DNA of 63,839 bases, the filler included, from Welwitschia mirabilis (Eukaryota): NCBI GenBank assembly GCA_051453625.1. It is 5 parts of one record of this genome, joined end to end, with 100 filler letters (N's around TTAATTAATTAA, not from the genome) between each part and the next. Parts side by side here need not be neighbours in the genome. Positions count along the whole stretch, not along the records: positions 30,522 to 58,732 come from JBOZIK010000001.1; 4 more parts are not named here. The stretch is one strand, 5' to 3'. Shown here piece by piece: positions 37,664 to 51,908 of this stretch. The notes beneath the pieces were generated by a model, which ran no database searches, had not been told where the DNA came from, and was given only the letters and a program-made list of their open reading frames with translations. Each line of letters begins with the position of its first letter. The stretch's first letter is position 1. The position numbers and the translations under genes are program-made.

Positions 37664-40600
37664 TTATACATTGTATTTTGTATCTCTCCTTTCTACACTT
37701 TTTGTATTAAAAAACTCTCATTATTATATATAGACCTATCATTTTGCTTCAGCATGGTGTAAGCTTCTGTGTAATTATTTTTACATGGTTATCTTTCAAT
37801 TTATATGATGAGGATTGCATTTCATTTTGAGCACATCTTTTTATTTGACTGTTTATCATAGTAAAGGGCTACTTATTATGATTTTCTGGCTAATTATCAA
37901 TATTACTCAATTAACAAAATACCTGATTTTTGTCACAAGTTTTAGATTCTGAAAATATTTTGAAGAGCATGTCGTCCTCATTATCATTTGGATGATACAC
38001 TAGACGACCGATTTTTCTAATACTTTATAGGTACTTTTCAGTTTTTGAATTTTTTTTAGAAATTCAGTATANNNNNNNNNNAGATATCTGAGTTTTTTTT
38101 ATTATCTAAAAGTTGGCTCATAAATATGATTTACCATTTGGTTTTGTCAAGGACTAACAAGGCTAAGTGAGGTGTTATATTGCACCGCCAACTTATGTGT
38201 ATTTGATAGGGTATTATGAGTTATTTTGCAAGTAAATTAATGATAAATGCTTATTTCTTATGATAATCGAGAACCAAGATGAAGAGAATGAAAACATGTA
38301 GTTTCCATATAAATTACAAGCATTTCATGCAGATATGGATAAATAATATTTTGGATAATGATTTCTGCAAATAATGAGTGATCAGATTGACTAAAGATTG
38401 ACAAAAAACCTGTCCTCCACCTCATCGGCCAGACGTCACTAGTGGACGACATCTCAAATAGAGCATAATAAGTTCACATGTAGTTGATAAGAAATTAGAC
38501 TGGGAGCTAAACAAATATCTAATTGTCATCCTTTGTCATCTTCTATATCATCCGAACGACCATGAAGGCAATACTGTTCTTTCATACTTTTACTAAATGA
38601 TTTCCTAAGTTGTCGCTACTTCTTTATAACTTTACTTTGCATGTCAATTAGGGTTTTTCCTCTACTTCTCTATCAGTTTTCCTTTATTTTTGGTTTATGA
38701 ATAAAGGTCTCCCTTTCAATTCCTAATCATCTTCAATAGTACCTGAGGTTCTTGTGATAGGAGATCTTAGGACTAGAGAATCATCTTGTAATCTAGAGAG
38801 ACGTTACCTTGGTGTTGGGTGGCATTTTATCCATTGAGGAACGACTACTTTATGATACAGACGCCTTTTATGCTTTTAATATGAATTATCTTCTTTTATG
38901 TTTAATATTTATAGGAACTTATCCCTCATAGTTTATGTTATTTAAGATTCATGACAAGTCTCTTTTATTATATAGATTATGAGGGCAGCCTTTGTTAAGG
39001 TTGATCTTGATTAAGTTAGATGCATCATTATTTCTTTTCATAGATTAGTTTTGCATGGCTATTTCAATTCCATGTATTGCAATTTATTTTAGTAGATTAT
39101 AGTTACATATTTCTATCCTAAAATCAACTCTTATATTCCCACACTATTAGCCTTTGATGGAATTACGACATTCGGATCACTCCCAACTATACTGGCGTGC
39201 TGTGTTTGTGTATCTTACTTATAATTAATAGGATTTAGATCAAGGCATAAACATCACATAAATACACACCACAACATGCCTCCAAATTCCTCAATTAAAA
39301 ATCTATAATTAGCCTTCTTTTCCTTTATTTTCACCCCATCTTTTGTACCTGATACTTATGATTAAGGATTAATGGGCAAGAGGTCCATCTCCTGTTGTAG
39401 AAATGAGTGTCCTTGGTATCAGGTTATGTCTCTCTCATTAAGGTGCTATTATTCTAATTTGTAAGTTAATGTTGTTCTAATTTTAATTTGGATTAATATA
39501 ATTTCCTCTTTTATTTTAATATTGTACATATTCCTTATAGTTTAAGCTAGTCATAGTTAGTAATAAGCTTTTATTTATTTAGATCATAAGGGAAACCTTT
39601 ATTAAGGTTGACCATGATTATTAGTAGTACATTCGCATTGCTTCCTATTTTCTTTCATATTACATTTTAAGTTTTACTTGGATAGATCTCATAGTTTATA
39701 TTAATTGAGAACTAGTAAACACTCTTCTTATTTGATATAAGTTATAGAGGAGTATTCTTTGTAATAAGAAGACTGGGATCTAAATAAGATTTATTTCCAT
39801 TTTCATTTCTATTTCCATTTTCATTTGCATTTGCATTCCATTTCCATTTACTTATATTTCATTTCTATTTAAGCATTGCATTTACTTGTGTTATTTTCTT
39901 TGAAAGATAAAAAGAACTAAATACATTAGCAAAATCAATTTTATAACTCTAAACCTAGTGCGTTCATTAAATTATGACATTTAGATGAACTTCCATCTGT
40001 ACTAGAGTGCATTTTCTGCAATTTACATGATTTATAGGTTTATCTAAAGGATTTTCATATTGCATAAATTCACACCAACATTTTGGCATTATTGTCAAGG
40101 AAGACCATAAGGAGCTAAGAGAATTATTACTAACTAGATAAGTATCTTAAATCTTCTATTTAGTTTATCTATGTAATTGGTATTATATTTTTTCTACCTT
40201 AGGGGAAGATAGGTTTATTTCTGCAATTTAATTTCCTACAATTTTTTTGTGTTTTTCTTAAAATAACTTGTCATATTTCTTATCATTCCCATAACCTAAG
40301 AGGGCAATAGTCTGAAATTTTTTTTTGCATTTTTGTTTTTTCTTGAATTATCTTTTTTGTAAAATAAATCTTCTATCATCCTTTCTATCATCCCCATGAC
40401 TATATAGATGATAGTTTGCATTTTTTTGTTTGAGTTTCTATAATTTTGGATTTTTCATTTACTATGATCATCATCCTGCTTGTTGTCCTCATGACTAAAT
40501 AAACAATGGTCTATTATATTTTATTTCTCTATTTTATTAGTTATTTAAGCATGTAGGGATATAGTGAATACTGGTAAGAAGATGAAATATCAGAGAGAAT

Positions 40601-40799
40601 AAAACTTAATTGAAGAAAATATCAGAGAAGAATTAATCGACTTTGACTTAAATCCAAGTATACACACCCTAGGTATGCAAATTCCCAAAATTAAAAAAGA
40701 AAATTTTTTTGCTTTTATTATTTTAGAATTTTATTTTGCAAAAGAAAATTATAGTGTAGAAGGAGATCATATTGTTTCTTTGATAATATTAAATACTTA

Positions 40800-43700
40800 A
40801 AAAGTGTCACAAAAACAAAAGCAAGTAGCTTCTTCTAACACTCTAATCGTAATAGGAACTTCTTCTTCAAATGCAAATGTTACACCTAGGGATATAATTA
40901 CTAATAGAAAATATAAAATTCAAAATACTTTTGATTTACCTCCTCGAGATAATGTAGAATTAAGAAATTTAAGTTCTTACTCAATCTTTTCGAGGAAACT
41001 AAAAGAAGATCCTTTTCAATGTCTAGCTAATATAAAGCAACTTGTGCTTACATCAGAAAATGGGAAAAAAACATATTAGTGATTATACATATATGAAGTA
41101 TTTATAATCATGAAGTCAAATGCAAGAAGTATTTATTAAAATATTTTTAAGTGAAAGTACTATAAGAAAGAGAAGAAAAGAAGCAACCAACTTCTAACAA
41201 TAACCTCATAAAGATTATACAATCACTTATGAATATTTTATAATTACTAGTCATTCCAATCCTATTGATGAATTTTGTAAGAAAGAACTAGTAAATTATT
41301 TTTATAGTGGATTGAATGCTTCAACCAAACAACTTGTAGACTTTTCTTATGGAGGAAACCTATTGAACTTAAGCTTAGATGATGCTTGGAGTGTGCTACA
41401 AAATCTAGTAGAAATAAGTTAAACTTGGTTTAAGCCCACTAAGAAAAACTGTACTATATGACAAATTTTAAAAGACCTAAAAGAGGTAATACATGAAAAG
41501 AAAGAAGAAAGGGAGGATTCAACTAATTTGATAAAAGATTTTACTACTACTTTAGAGAAGTATATTGAAATGATAGTTGACACAAAAGTTATTAAGAATG
41601 AACCCTCAAATTCTAATTGTGACTTTATAAAGATGATTCTCATCCAACAAAAGAATGTCCCTTATTACCAAATTGTAAAGAAAAAATGTTTGAGGAAGTG
41701 TGTGCCTTTAAACAAAGAACTCCTAACTTTAAGAATTAATCACCATTTCAACAAAGACCAAGTGAAAAACCTCAATGAAAACCATTTGAAAATAGATTTA
41801 ATAATTCCAACTTCTAATCAAGTTCTCAACAAAATTTGAATGATTCCTGTAGAGAATCCATTGAGGAAATGAGAAAAGTGCAAGAGAAAACTAATAGCAA
41901 CATTGAGAATTTAGTTAATGTTCTTTAATAAATAATGCTTGCCAATCAAAGACTAGAAGGGTCCCTTTCTTCCCAACCAATACCCAACCCAAACGAAGTT
42001 AGGAGAGACTTAAAAATCATAATAAGAAGTGAAAAATATATAACACCTCCTACCCATGAGGTTTTAACTTCTAAACAAAATGAAGCAATTAAGAAAGATG
42101 ATGTAGAAATCTTAGACTCTTATAACCTTTCTTTCACATCATCTACTAAATCCTCCATCAAATATAATAAGGGAAGAAATTATTCACTTCTTAATTTGAT
42201 ATATTAAATACAAATCCCACATTTGATGAATACTTAAAAGCCTTAATGCAAGAAGTCAACATCAACCTTCCCTTTTAGAAACTCTTGCAAGAAAATCCTA
42301 AATATTATAAGTTATTAAAGGACTTAGTGAGAAGAAAGTAAAAACATGTCATCCCTAATAAAGTCTTTCTTACCCAATCTCTTTCCAACTTAGTAATGAA
42401 AAAATGTCCCAAATTCAAAGATCTTAAGGCTACAACTGTTAGTATTACCTTAGAGGAAAACAAAAAAATTAGGAAATCTTTGATTAACATAGGTGCAAGT
42501 GTAAACATCATGCCTCTTCATATATGTAAAAGACTTAGGTTAGAAAGCAAAGTTGAACCTACACCTATCATCTTAGAGCAGCTGATACCATAATCAAAAA
42601 ACCTTTAAGAATCATTAAAAATTTAGTCATCCAAATTGAGAAACCTTTTTATCCCATTGATGTTGTTGTAATTAAAATGGAGTATGATGGAGAGTATCCA
42701 CTACTTCTAGAAAGAGCCTTTCATGCTACAGCCCATTGTATTATTGACACTCGATCAAGAATAATAAGATACCACTTTAACAACAAAATAATTATCATTA
42801 AAGTCTTTAATGCTACTAAAAAAGACACAGGAACTAGTTTTAAAATTGAAGATGAATTGAGACCAACTTTATTTTTATAACACTGATCCATAGAAGAGAA
42901 ATTAATTATGCTACATGAGTTAACTTTGTATGATAACCCAATTGACATAGACTATCTTGAATCTAAGGATGAAATTTTTGAAGATGAAGAAGAAGTCCGC
43001 TATCTTTACTCAATAGAAAATATTTTTGAAGAGTGTCGTCCCTTGTACGTTGTCTGCATGATACATAGGATGATAGATTAACTTAACACCCATGAGCTTA
43101 AGAAGTTACCCAAAGGTCTAAAATACATCTTTTTATCTGAAAATAAAATAAAACCTCTGATAATTAGTGATATCTGATAATTAGTGATATTCTTATGACC
43201 TCACTCTTAGGATCAAAGAAAGATGCCTTTGCTTGAACACATAAAGACTTAGACGTCATTCCTCTTTCCATAATTTAACATAAAATCTATTTTGAAGACA
43301 ATGCCAAACCTATTAGGTAACCCTAAAAAATACTGAATCTAGCCCTTAAATAAATTGTCAAGAATGAAATCATTAAACCTATGAATGCTAGAATTATTTA
43401 TGCCATATATAATAGTGAATAGATTAGTCCTTTAATAGTAGTGCCAAAAAAAGGAGGAAAATGTGCACCAACTTTAGAAAACTCAATGAGGTCACCAAAA
43501 AGGATCATTGTACTTTACCCTTTCTTGATCAAGCTCTTCATAGAATTAAAGGTTATTCTTATTATTATTTTCTTGATGGGTATAGTAACTATAATAAAAT
43601 TTACATAGCAAGCGAAGACAAGGCTAAAGTCACCTTTACATCTTCATTTGGAATCTTTGCTTTCAAACAAATATCATTTGGACTTTGCAATACCCTAGAA

Positions 43701-46700
43701 CTTTCCAACAAGCCATGATGGGAATATTTTCTAATATGATAGAAGATTACATAGAAATCTTTATGAATGATTTCTCCATCTTTAGTGATACTTTCAAATA
43801 AATTATACTGAGATTAGAAAAAGTCCTTGATTAATGTATTGAAAGTGGGTTACACTTAAATTGGAAAGATAGTTTCTTCCTTGTCCAACATGGAATTGTT
43901 TTAGATTACTACATTTTAAAAAAAGGGATTAGGATAAATCCCACAAAAGTAGATATTATTAAAAATCTTAATCTTCTAATAAATGTTAAATAAGTTAGAT
44001 TTTTCCTTGGACATTCCAGTTTCTATTACTGATTCATTTATGACTATGATAAAACTTGTAACTCTTCAATCTCTACTTAAAAAAGATGTCAAATTTGAGT
44101 GGTCTAATTTATGCCAATTTACTTTTAAAACTCTTAAGGATAAAATTTCTTCTAAACCTATTATCATGAGTCTTGATTGGAATAAAGACTTCCTTGTCCA
44201 ACATGAAATTGTTTTGGATTACTATATTTCAAAAGAAGGGATAGGATGGACTCCACAAAAGTAGATATCATTAAAAATCTTAATCCTCTAACAAATGTTA
44301 AATAAGTTATACTTTTCTTTAGACATTACAGTTTCTATTGTCGACTCATTTATGGCTATGCTAAAACTTGTAAATANNNNNNNNNNTCTGCTTGAAAAAG
44401 ATGTCAAATTTGAGTGGTCTAATTCATGCCAATTTACTTTTAAAACTCTTAAAGATAAAATATCTTCTAAACCTATTATCATGAGTCCTAATTGGAACAA
44501 AGACTTTGAACTTATGTGTAACATAAGCAACATTGTTGTAGGGGAGGTTCTCGATCAAAAATATGAGAATGGATTCAAAGTCATATCTTACCTTAGCAAA
44601 ACTTTGACAAGTATCTAATCCAACTACACTACCACTAAGAGAGAAATGCTTGTTATCATCTTTTTCTTGGACCATCTTCAACACTACCTTCTTGGTTTTC
44701 ACATCAATATCTACATGGACACGTAGCCATTTATTATCTCATGATAAAGAAATATTCGAGTGCCAAACTTATTAGATGGATCTTTTTAATGGAAGAATTT
44801 AGTCTTACCATCATTAATAAGGCTGGAAAACATAATAGTATCACTGATAATATTTCTCAAACTATTTGTCCCATTGATAAAAAACCTATTAATGACTCCT
44901 TTCCTAATGAGAAACTCTTTGCAATTAAACAACTATATGCTATTTCTTCTTCTTACCCTACTCCTTGATATGCTGACATCATCAATTATCTAGTGACTAT
45001 GAAAACTCCTCAACATTGGAATCATAATCAATGAAAAACTTAGTGACTATGAGTGAAATGAGCCATACCTTTATAGACATTGCAAAGATCAAATTACGCA
45101 TAAACGTATGTGTGAATGTGAAACTTTAGAAATTTTAAAACTTTACCATGGTGGGGTTTATGGGGGATACTTTAATGGCTAAAAGATATCATGAAAATTC
45201 TTCACTTTGGTTTCTATTGGTTAACTCTTTTTAAATATTGATTTGACTTTTCTCAGAAGTGTGATGCTTGTTAATGTTATGGTATCCTCATTCGTTCTCA
45301 TGATATGCCCCTCAATTCTATACTTGAATGTGAGCCTTTTAATTGTTAGGAAGTTGACTTTGTAAATCCAATTTCGCCACCTTTAAATGAAAAAATTATA
45401 TTTTAGTAGCTATGGATTATGTCATTAAGTGGGTTGAAGCTGTTCTTACCACCAAAGATGATGCCCAAACTGTTTGTAACTTTGTTCAAACTCATATTTT
45501 TTAATTATTTGGATTTCCACATATTATCTTTAGTNNNNNNNNNNNNNNNNNNNNNNNNNNNNNNNNNNNNNNNNNNNNNNNNNNNNNNNNNNNNNNNNNN
45601 NNNNNNNNNNNNNNNNNNNNNNNNNNNNNNNNNNNNNNNNNNNNNNNNNNNNNNNNNNNNNNNNNNNNNNNNNNNNNNNNNNNNNNNNNNNNNNNNNNNN
45701 NNNNNNNNNNNNNNNNNNNNNNNNNNNNNNNNNNNNNNNNNNNNNNNNNNNNNNNNNNNNNNNNNNNNNNNNNNNNNNNNNNNNNNNNNNNNNNNNNNNN
45801 NNNNNNNNNNNNNNNNNNNNNNNNNNNNNNNNNNNNNNNNNNNNNNNNNNNNNNNNNNNNNNNNNNNNNNNNNNNNNNNNNNNNNNNNNNNNNNNNNNNN
45901 NNNNNNNNNNNNNNNNNNNNNNNNNNNNNNNNNNNNNNNNNNNNNNNNNNNNNNNNNNNNNNNNNNNNNNNNNNNNNNNNNNNNNNNCAAACTGTTTGTA
46001 ACTTTGTTCAAACTCATATTTTTTAATTATTTGGATTTCCATGTATTATCATTAGTGATTAAAAGATCCATTTCATTAATCACCTCTTTCAAAGATTTCT
46101 TCTATCCATTGATGTTGAACATAGAGTTGCTTTTGCTTATCATTCTCAAATAAATGGTCTAGCTAAAAACACAAATAGAGAGATCAAGAAAATGCTTCAA
46201 AAATTAGTCTCTGTTAATAAGAAAACTTAGTTTTTTAAACTTAATAATGTTCTTTAGGCTTACCATACTACTTGGCATAAATATTTAGGTTTCTCATNNN
46301 NNNNNNNGTATAGTAAAGTGTGTGTTTTACCAGTTGATGTTTGCTATAATTCTTATTGTTCCATCCATCGACTAAATTTGTTGATTTGAATGAAAATTTT
46401 AAAACTTGTTTAGCCCAACTCAACCACTTAGATGAAAAATGTACTCATGCCCTTATCATTAACGTATTCATAAGACTCAAGCTAAGTTTTAACATGATAA
46501 AAAAATTATTCATAAATAGTTTAAACCTGGCCAACTTGTCTTGTTGTATAACACCTGAGTACACCTTTTACACAACAAGTTGACTTCTAAATGATTAGGT
46601 CCATATCTTATCAAAAAATTATACTCGAATGACTCAGTTAAAATCTCTAATGTAAACACTAAAGAAATCCAAAAATTTAATGGATAAAGGTTAAAATTTT

Positions 46701-46790
46701 ATGAGTCATTTTATGATAAAAGCTTGAACATGATAGAAGTACTTGTCTTGGAAGCCCCTATTCAAGAGGAGGGCCTTCTTTTTGCCATTA
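40800..46790 (+). pseudogene. gag-pol of element E (gag, protease, RT, RNase H, integrase)
   Basis: gag KEDPFQCL (~41002); protease SLINIGASVNIMP (~42477); RT CTNFRKLNEVTKKDHCTLPF and YYFLDGYSNY (43460-43595) and IFMNDFS (~43757); RNase H NKDFELMCNIS (~44497) and LIRWIFLMEEF (~44770); integrase YILVAMDYVIKWVEA (~45398) and AYHSQING (~46135). Order is gypsy-type. Confidence 0.93.
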
Positions 46791-49700
46791 TTTAAATTCT
46801 TTCTTAACTTATTTCTTTGGTTAACATCATGTTATCACTTAAACATCTTTAACTTAACATCTATATTTACTTATAAAGTTTCCATGATGAGTAAGATTTT
46901 ACTTAGGCATTTACAATGATAAAATTAGCTTAATCTAATTTTCAGACATTTAGATGTCTATGAAATTAATCATAATGTCCTACCACAAGTTCCCCAGGGT
47001 AAATATTCCCATGAGGGGCCTTTGGTAGTGTGATATAGTAGTTGTAGGAACTTTACTGGGAGTTCAGTTAGCCATGCTATACTGGTCCTTACTTCTCTTA
47101 TAGTGGTTGCACTCTTCTCATCATAAAAAAATAAATCACTTTTTTTATTTATTTATTTTCAATACTTTCACATGATCACTCTACTTTTTAAATTTTAGTA
47201 TTTGTTTTAACATGGTAGCTTATAAGTCCCTGTATTTTAATAGCTTTTTATCTTATCATTCATTGTTTGATAACATTATTATACTTGACATCGTTATAAT
47301 CATTTCCTAATTAAGTATAATTTTATGAATTTATACATTATATTATACATCATTAATCAAGTGATTTTATGATTGTTGCTATGGGAATTTTTTAGGTTAG
47401 CATTTAGGGTAATAAAGTAATCTTATTCATATTCCTAGTTGTCCATTCTTATTTTTTTCTTTTGTTATTTTTTTGAAATTTTTTAAGATTATTTCCTTCT
47501 ACTTTTTCAACATCATACCATGGACCTAATCATTTTCTAGTTTCTTGTGATGCTAGAGGATTCTTATTTCTTTCTGGTAGGTTTTCTTAATCTAATAAGT
47601 TCTATCTTTTCATGCATTTAGGCACATTTGAGGTACATTTGAGTATTAATTTTCCCTTAGTGCATTTGCCTCTACTATCATGTTCCACTTATCCATCATA
47701 CATTTGCTTTTTAGGCTATTTATTTGTTTTCTTTCTCAAGTCACTCTCTTCTTTCCATTGCATTCCTGCCTTTTCTAGTTTTCTAACTTTTTCAGATTTT
47801 ACTTTTCTCTCCAAAATCAGCTATTTTGGATTTTTCCTTCCTCCTCCGTCATCCTCATGATAGAGGGAATGACATCTTTTTCTGTGTATAATGTAATTCT
47901 GGACATCTTGCTTCTCCTATGAGGGGGTAGGACATCTTTCTGGGTTTTAATCTATTATGATCATCACAAAGTTTACAAATTATTATCTTTCATAGTTTAA
48001 TTTGATGATGGGTTGTTTTGGATGAATTCTTCAAGTAATTTGAATAAATTTGTGAGCATTCATACAATTTATCATGCAAAATCCAATAGCACTTTCATAT
48101 GTTTCTCTATAGTCATGTTTGTTTAATCATCTAAATTATGCTACATTTATTATTTTTCCTTGCTTGTTGATGATACTAATGAATTTTAAAATATCATGTT
48201 CTAAAATAACATTACTTAAGCTATCATGATGGTCCATTGCCATTGTTCTATATTATGCATATGTAATTTCACTTTTATGAGCCATCAACTTATATTTTAT
48301 AATTTCTATATGTGTATTGCATTCATTCTATAATGACATGATTAAGTAAGGGGATTAGGAAATTTTTTCCAGTACTTGTATTAATTACCTATCAATAATA
48401 TCATCTTTTATGAACTTAATTTACATCTTGCAGGTATTGTTTTTAACTTAGACAAATTAGCTCATAATCTAGTTTATCACTTACTTTATCAGGGACTAAT
48501 AAGACTAAGTAGGGGGTTATATTACGATGCCTTTTGTGGGAATTTGATTGTGTATTTTAAATACTTTTATAAGACATTCATACAGGTTTTGATGCAATCG
48601 TGATGATATGAAGAATTGATAGGATGATCAACAAAACATGTGATACTTAGCATTTTTGGCTATTTCTTAGGCTTCTTCTGATACTTCAGAATTGGAAGAA
48701 GGACTTTACAATGCAAAAAATGATTTAACTTATACAAAAGAGTAAAACAAGGTCATTGTCCTCATAGTCATCCCCACGACACCCAAGACAACCAGACTGC
48801 TAATGTGAACAGAAGCCTGCAGCACCTATAATAGTATATGAGGCACATGATGATAGGGCATTATCTGCATAGTTGTCTAGATGACAGATAGGATGAGGAA
48901 TCAAGACTATGCATAGGAAACCCATGAGGCTGACAGCAGCACATGGAACACTACTCAAGCTATTAAGGTGGTGTTGTTTCCTTTGTCATGTGGACAACAG
49001 ATAGGACGACAACTATTTTTTCATTGTTGTAAAAAATTTCATTATAAATGGGGTTAAATGGCCCATGTGGATCGTTAGGATTTCTATTTCCCATTTTAAT
49101 GTTTTGCCTTTAAATTCCTCAATTGAAAATCTATAAATATCCTTCTCATCCTTCATTTCCATCTCATCTTTTGTACCCAATACTTGTGACCAAGGATTAA
49201 AAGGCAAGAGATCCATTTCATGCTGCAGAAAGGAGTCTTCTTGATGTTAGGCTATGTCTCTCTCATTGAGATGCTATTGTTCTAATTTATAGGTGGATGT
49301 TATTTTGATTTCCATTTGGATTAATATAATTTCCTCTTTTATTTTAATATTGTACATGTTTCTTATGATTTAAGTTAGTCATAATTAGTGATAAGCTTTA
49401 ATTTATTTAGATCATAAGGGTAAACTTTTTTAAGGTTGATCTTGATTAGTAGTAGTAGATTTATATTGCTTTCTATTTCCTTTCATATTACATTTTAAGT
49501 CTTACTTAAATAGATCTCATAGTTTATATTGATTAAGAACTAGTAAATACTCTTTTTATTTGATATAAGTTATTGAGAACTAGTCTATGCAATAGAAAGA
49601 CTAGGATCTAAGTAAGATTTATTTCCATTTCCATTTCTATTTCCATTTTCATTTTCATTTGCTTTCCATTTCCATTCACTTGCATTTCATTTCTATTTAA

Positions 49701-51908
49701 GCATTGCATTTACTTGTGTTACTTTCCTTTAAAGATTAAAAAAAACTAAAAATACATCAGAAAAATCAATTCTCTAACTCTAAGCCTAGTGCCTTTATTG
49801 GATTATAACATTTGGGTGAACTCCCATCTATACTAGAGTGTGTTTTCTACAATTTGCATGATTTACAGGTTTACCTAAAGTATTTCTAGATTTCATAAAT
49901 TCACACTACAATAGAGGTGTTCTTTCTTGTTTTTCATCTCATTTCTTTACCTACATCTTTGTGAGTATGTGGTTATGTGGAATTCATTTTGAAGAAGTAT
50001 GTAAAAAAGAAAACAATAGGAAAAAAAGTAAATAATAATAATCATTATCTATAGTTTTCATGCTTAAATACGTGATCACCATGATGTCCTATTACAATGG
50101 AGTAACTTTTCTTGAGAGGTATATTTTATAGTGTTGATAGCTATGGGAACTCTACTATGGGCTTAGTTGGCCATGTTTCATGGGTTTCTACTTCTTTAGC
50201 TATAGTTTTACTTCCCTTATTATGAATTAAAAGAAAATACTTCAAGTCTATGATATTAGTGGTTTTTAAAGTATAATTAGAGACATTGCTTATTTTCTAA
50301 ACTTATTATGCTTATAGTATTCCCACATGGTCATTTCACTTTTGAGGATTTGGATGTGATTTGAGGTGTTAGTAGGTGAGTTCATTTCTAATAGCTTTTA
50401 ATCTTAGCATTTAGTATTTGAAAAAATTAATTACTTAGCATCATCATAATTACTTCCTATTCAAGTAGTACTTTATGAAGTTTTTGCATGATATCATGCA
50501 TCCTTCATTAGGTGATTTTATGATTTTTTTCATGAGGATTTTCTAGGTTTGAATTTAGGGTAGGTAAATAATCTTCTTCATGTTTCTAAATTGTTCATTT
50601 TTATTTTGTTTTTCTTACTTATGTTCTTGGATATTTCAAAGTCATTTCCATACTTTTTCATCATAAATACTTAGGAATTAATTATTTCATAGTTATCTAG
50701 TTAATTTTTGTTTTCATTTGCAATTTTTCTTTCTAAAATGTAATTTTATTTTTGCAAATAACTTTTCTTTAGTTTATGATAATAATTTTTTCAACCTTTT
50801 TGAGTATTAGTTATTTAATTTTCTTCTTAAGTTTTGATTCATGTAGTACTCTTTTTCAATAATTATGAGTTTATGACACACTTATCTTCCTTAGGTTTAA
50901 CCTCCTTATCATGCCTTATTTCTTATAATTCTTAGCCATTTCCCATCTTTTAGACTCTATCATACATTTTTAAAACCTACTTGATGCTATCTAAGATTAA
51001 TTGATTTTGGTAATCATTCCAAATTTTTTGATCTTTTTGAAAAATTCTATCATCCTTTCTATTGTCTAGACGACAAGGCAGATGACATACAGATAATTTT
51101 TAAGTATTAAATCTTTACCTATCATCTGTTCTAGACTATTTTCTAACTTTTATTTCATGAATAGAATTCTGCTCTTAGGCCTACATGTTTTGCTTATTTA
51201 TACTTAACTTACATATGGATCTATTTCCTTCTTATGTTAATGCAATACGAAACATATTGGTTTACCTTTAGGAGGGGGAGGGGGAAATCATATATATATA
51301 TATATAAAGCAAATTTTAAATTTTTTAGAGTTATTTATACATTTTCATGAGACTTATCTAGAATGTACTAATATAATTTTGAATGTCTACTATTTGATTG
51401 GCATATATTATGGATAATGTTTAGTAAAATATGTACTTAACAATATAATACTTGAAATTTGTTTTTCTTGTAGGAATGATGCAAAAAATTCATGGGACCA
51501 TGGATGGGTGAAATAATGTTATGATTGATTATTTTTTATATTTCCTTATAAAGTATGCTTATAAAATCAATGTTTAATCTATGAATATCCTTTTTGAGTT
51601 ATTAGTTTTTTTGATTATATATGTACATCATTTATCTAAGTTATTATGGTCACATCTTATGAAAATTATTTTTGTTATGACATCTATTTTTTATCTTTTT
51701 GATGTGCTAAATGTTTTAAGTGTGGAGTTAATGCATTGGTAATTGTTTTGATCTTATTTTTTAATAAGCATGATTATGGGTAATTAATTTTATAGATTGA
51801 GCTTTAAAAACCTATTATTACCATTATCATCTAGATGACAATCTAGATGAAGCCATAGTCACTCCATCTACTAAAGTAAAATATTTCATTTTATTTAATT
51901 TTTTTAAT

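Larger units (their letters stand above)
23996..39276 (+). mobile_element. Athila-type element C (gag, partial protease, accessory ORF; no RT/RNase H/integrase), inserted in the 5' LTR of E
   Basis: LTRs are 23996-25273 and 38178-39276, with PBS TTGATGTCGTTACTAGGG at 25276 and a PPT-like tract before 38178. The TSD is TTCCT/TGCCT, and the uninterrupted 3' LTR of E reads TGCCT at that position. Confidence 0.9.
23402..49913 (+). mobile_element. Full-length Athila-type Ty3/gypsy element E
   Basis: The 5' LTR is split (23402-23995 plus 39282-40080). PBS TTTTGGCATTATTGTC is at 40081, PPT ...CTAAGTAGGGGGTTA ends at 48519, and the 3' LTR is 48520-49913. A perfect 5-bp TSD GAGGT is at 23397-23401 and 49914-49918. 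Confidence 0.92.
21615..51908 (+). mobile_element. Interior of non-autonomous element F (21615-23401 plus 49919-51908), host of element E
   Basis: 21920-22900 is a diverged paralogue of the interior of element B. The sequence joins cleanly across element E at TSD GAGGT. F's own LTRs are not visible. Confidence 0.65.

Noticed and set aside
39795-39870. (TTCCAT/TTGCAT)n tract, also at ~49620-49700
   Set aside because: An ordinary low-complexity part of the E/D LTR, not a satellite or telomeric array.
24105-46057. Identical or near-identical 60-80-bp repeats flanking gaps (24105/24283, 28748/29221, ~34816/35317, 45466/45988)
   Set aside because: Unmerged contig overlaps. The sister LTR of C has only one copy of the 24105 segment.
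28792-46153. Long X-filled ORFs in the supplied track
   Set aside because: They are translations of N gaps.
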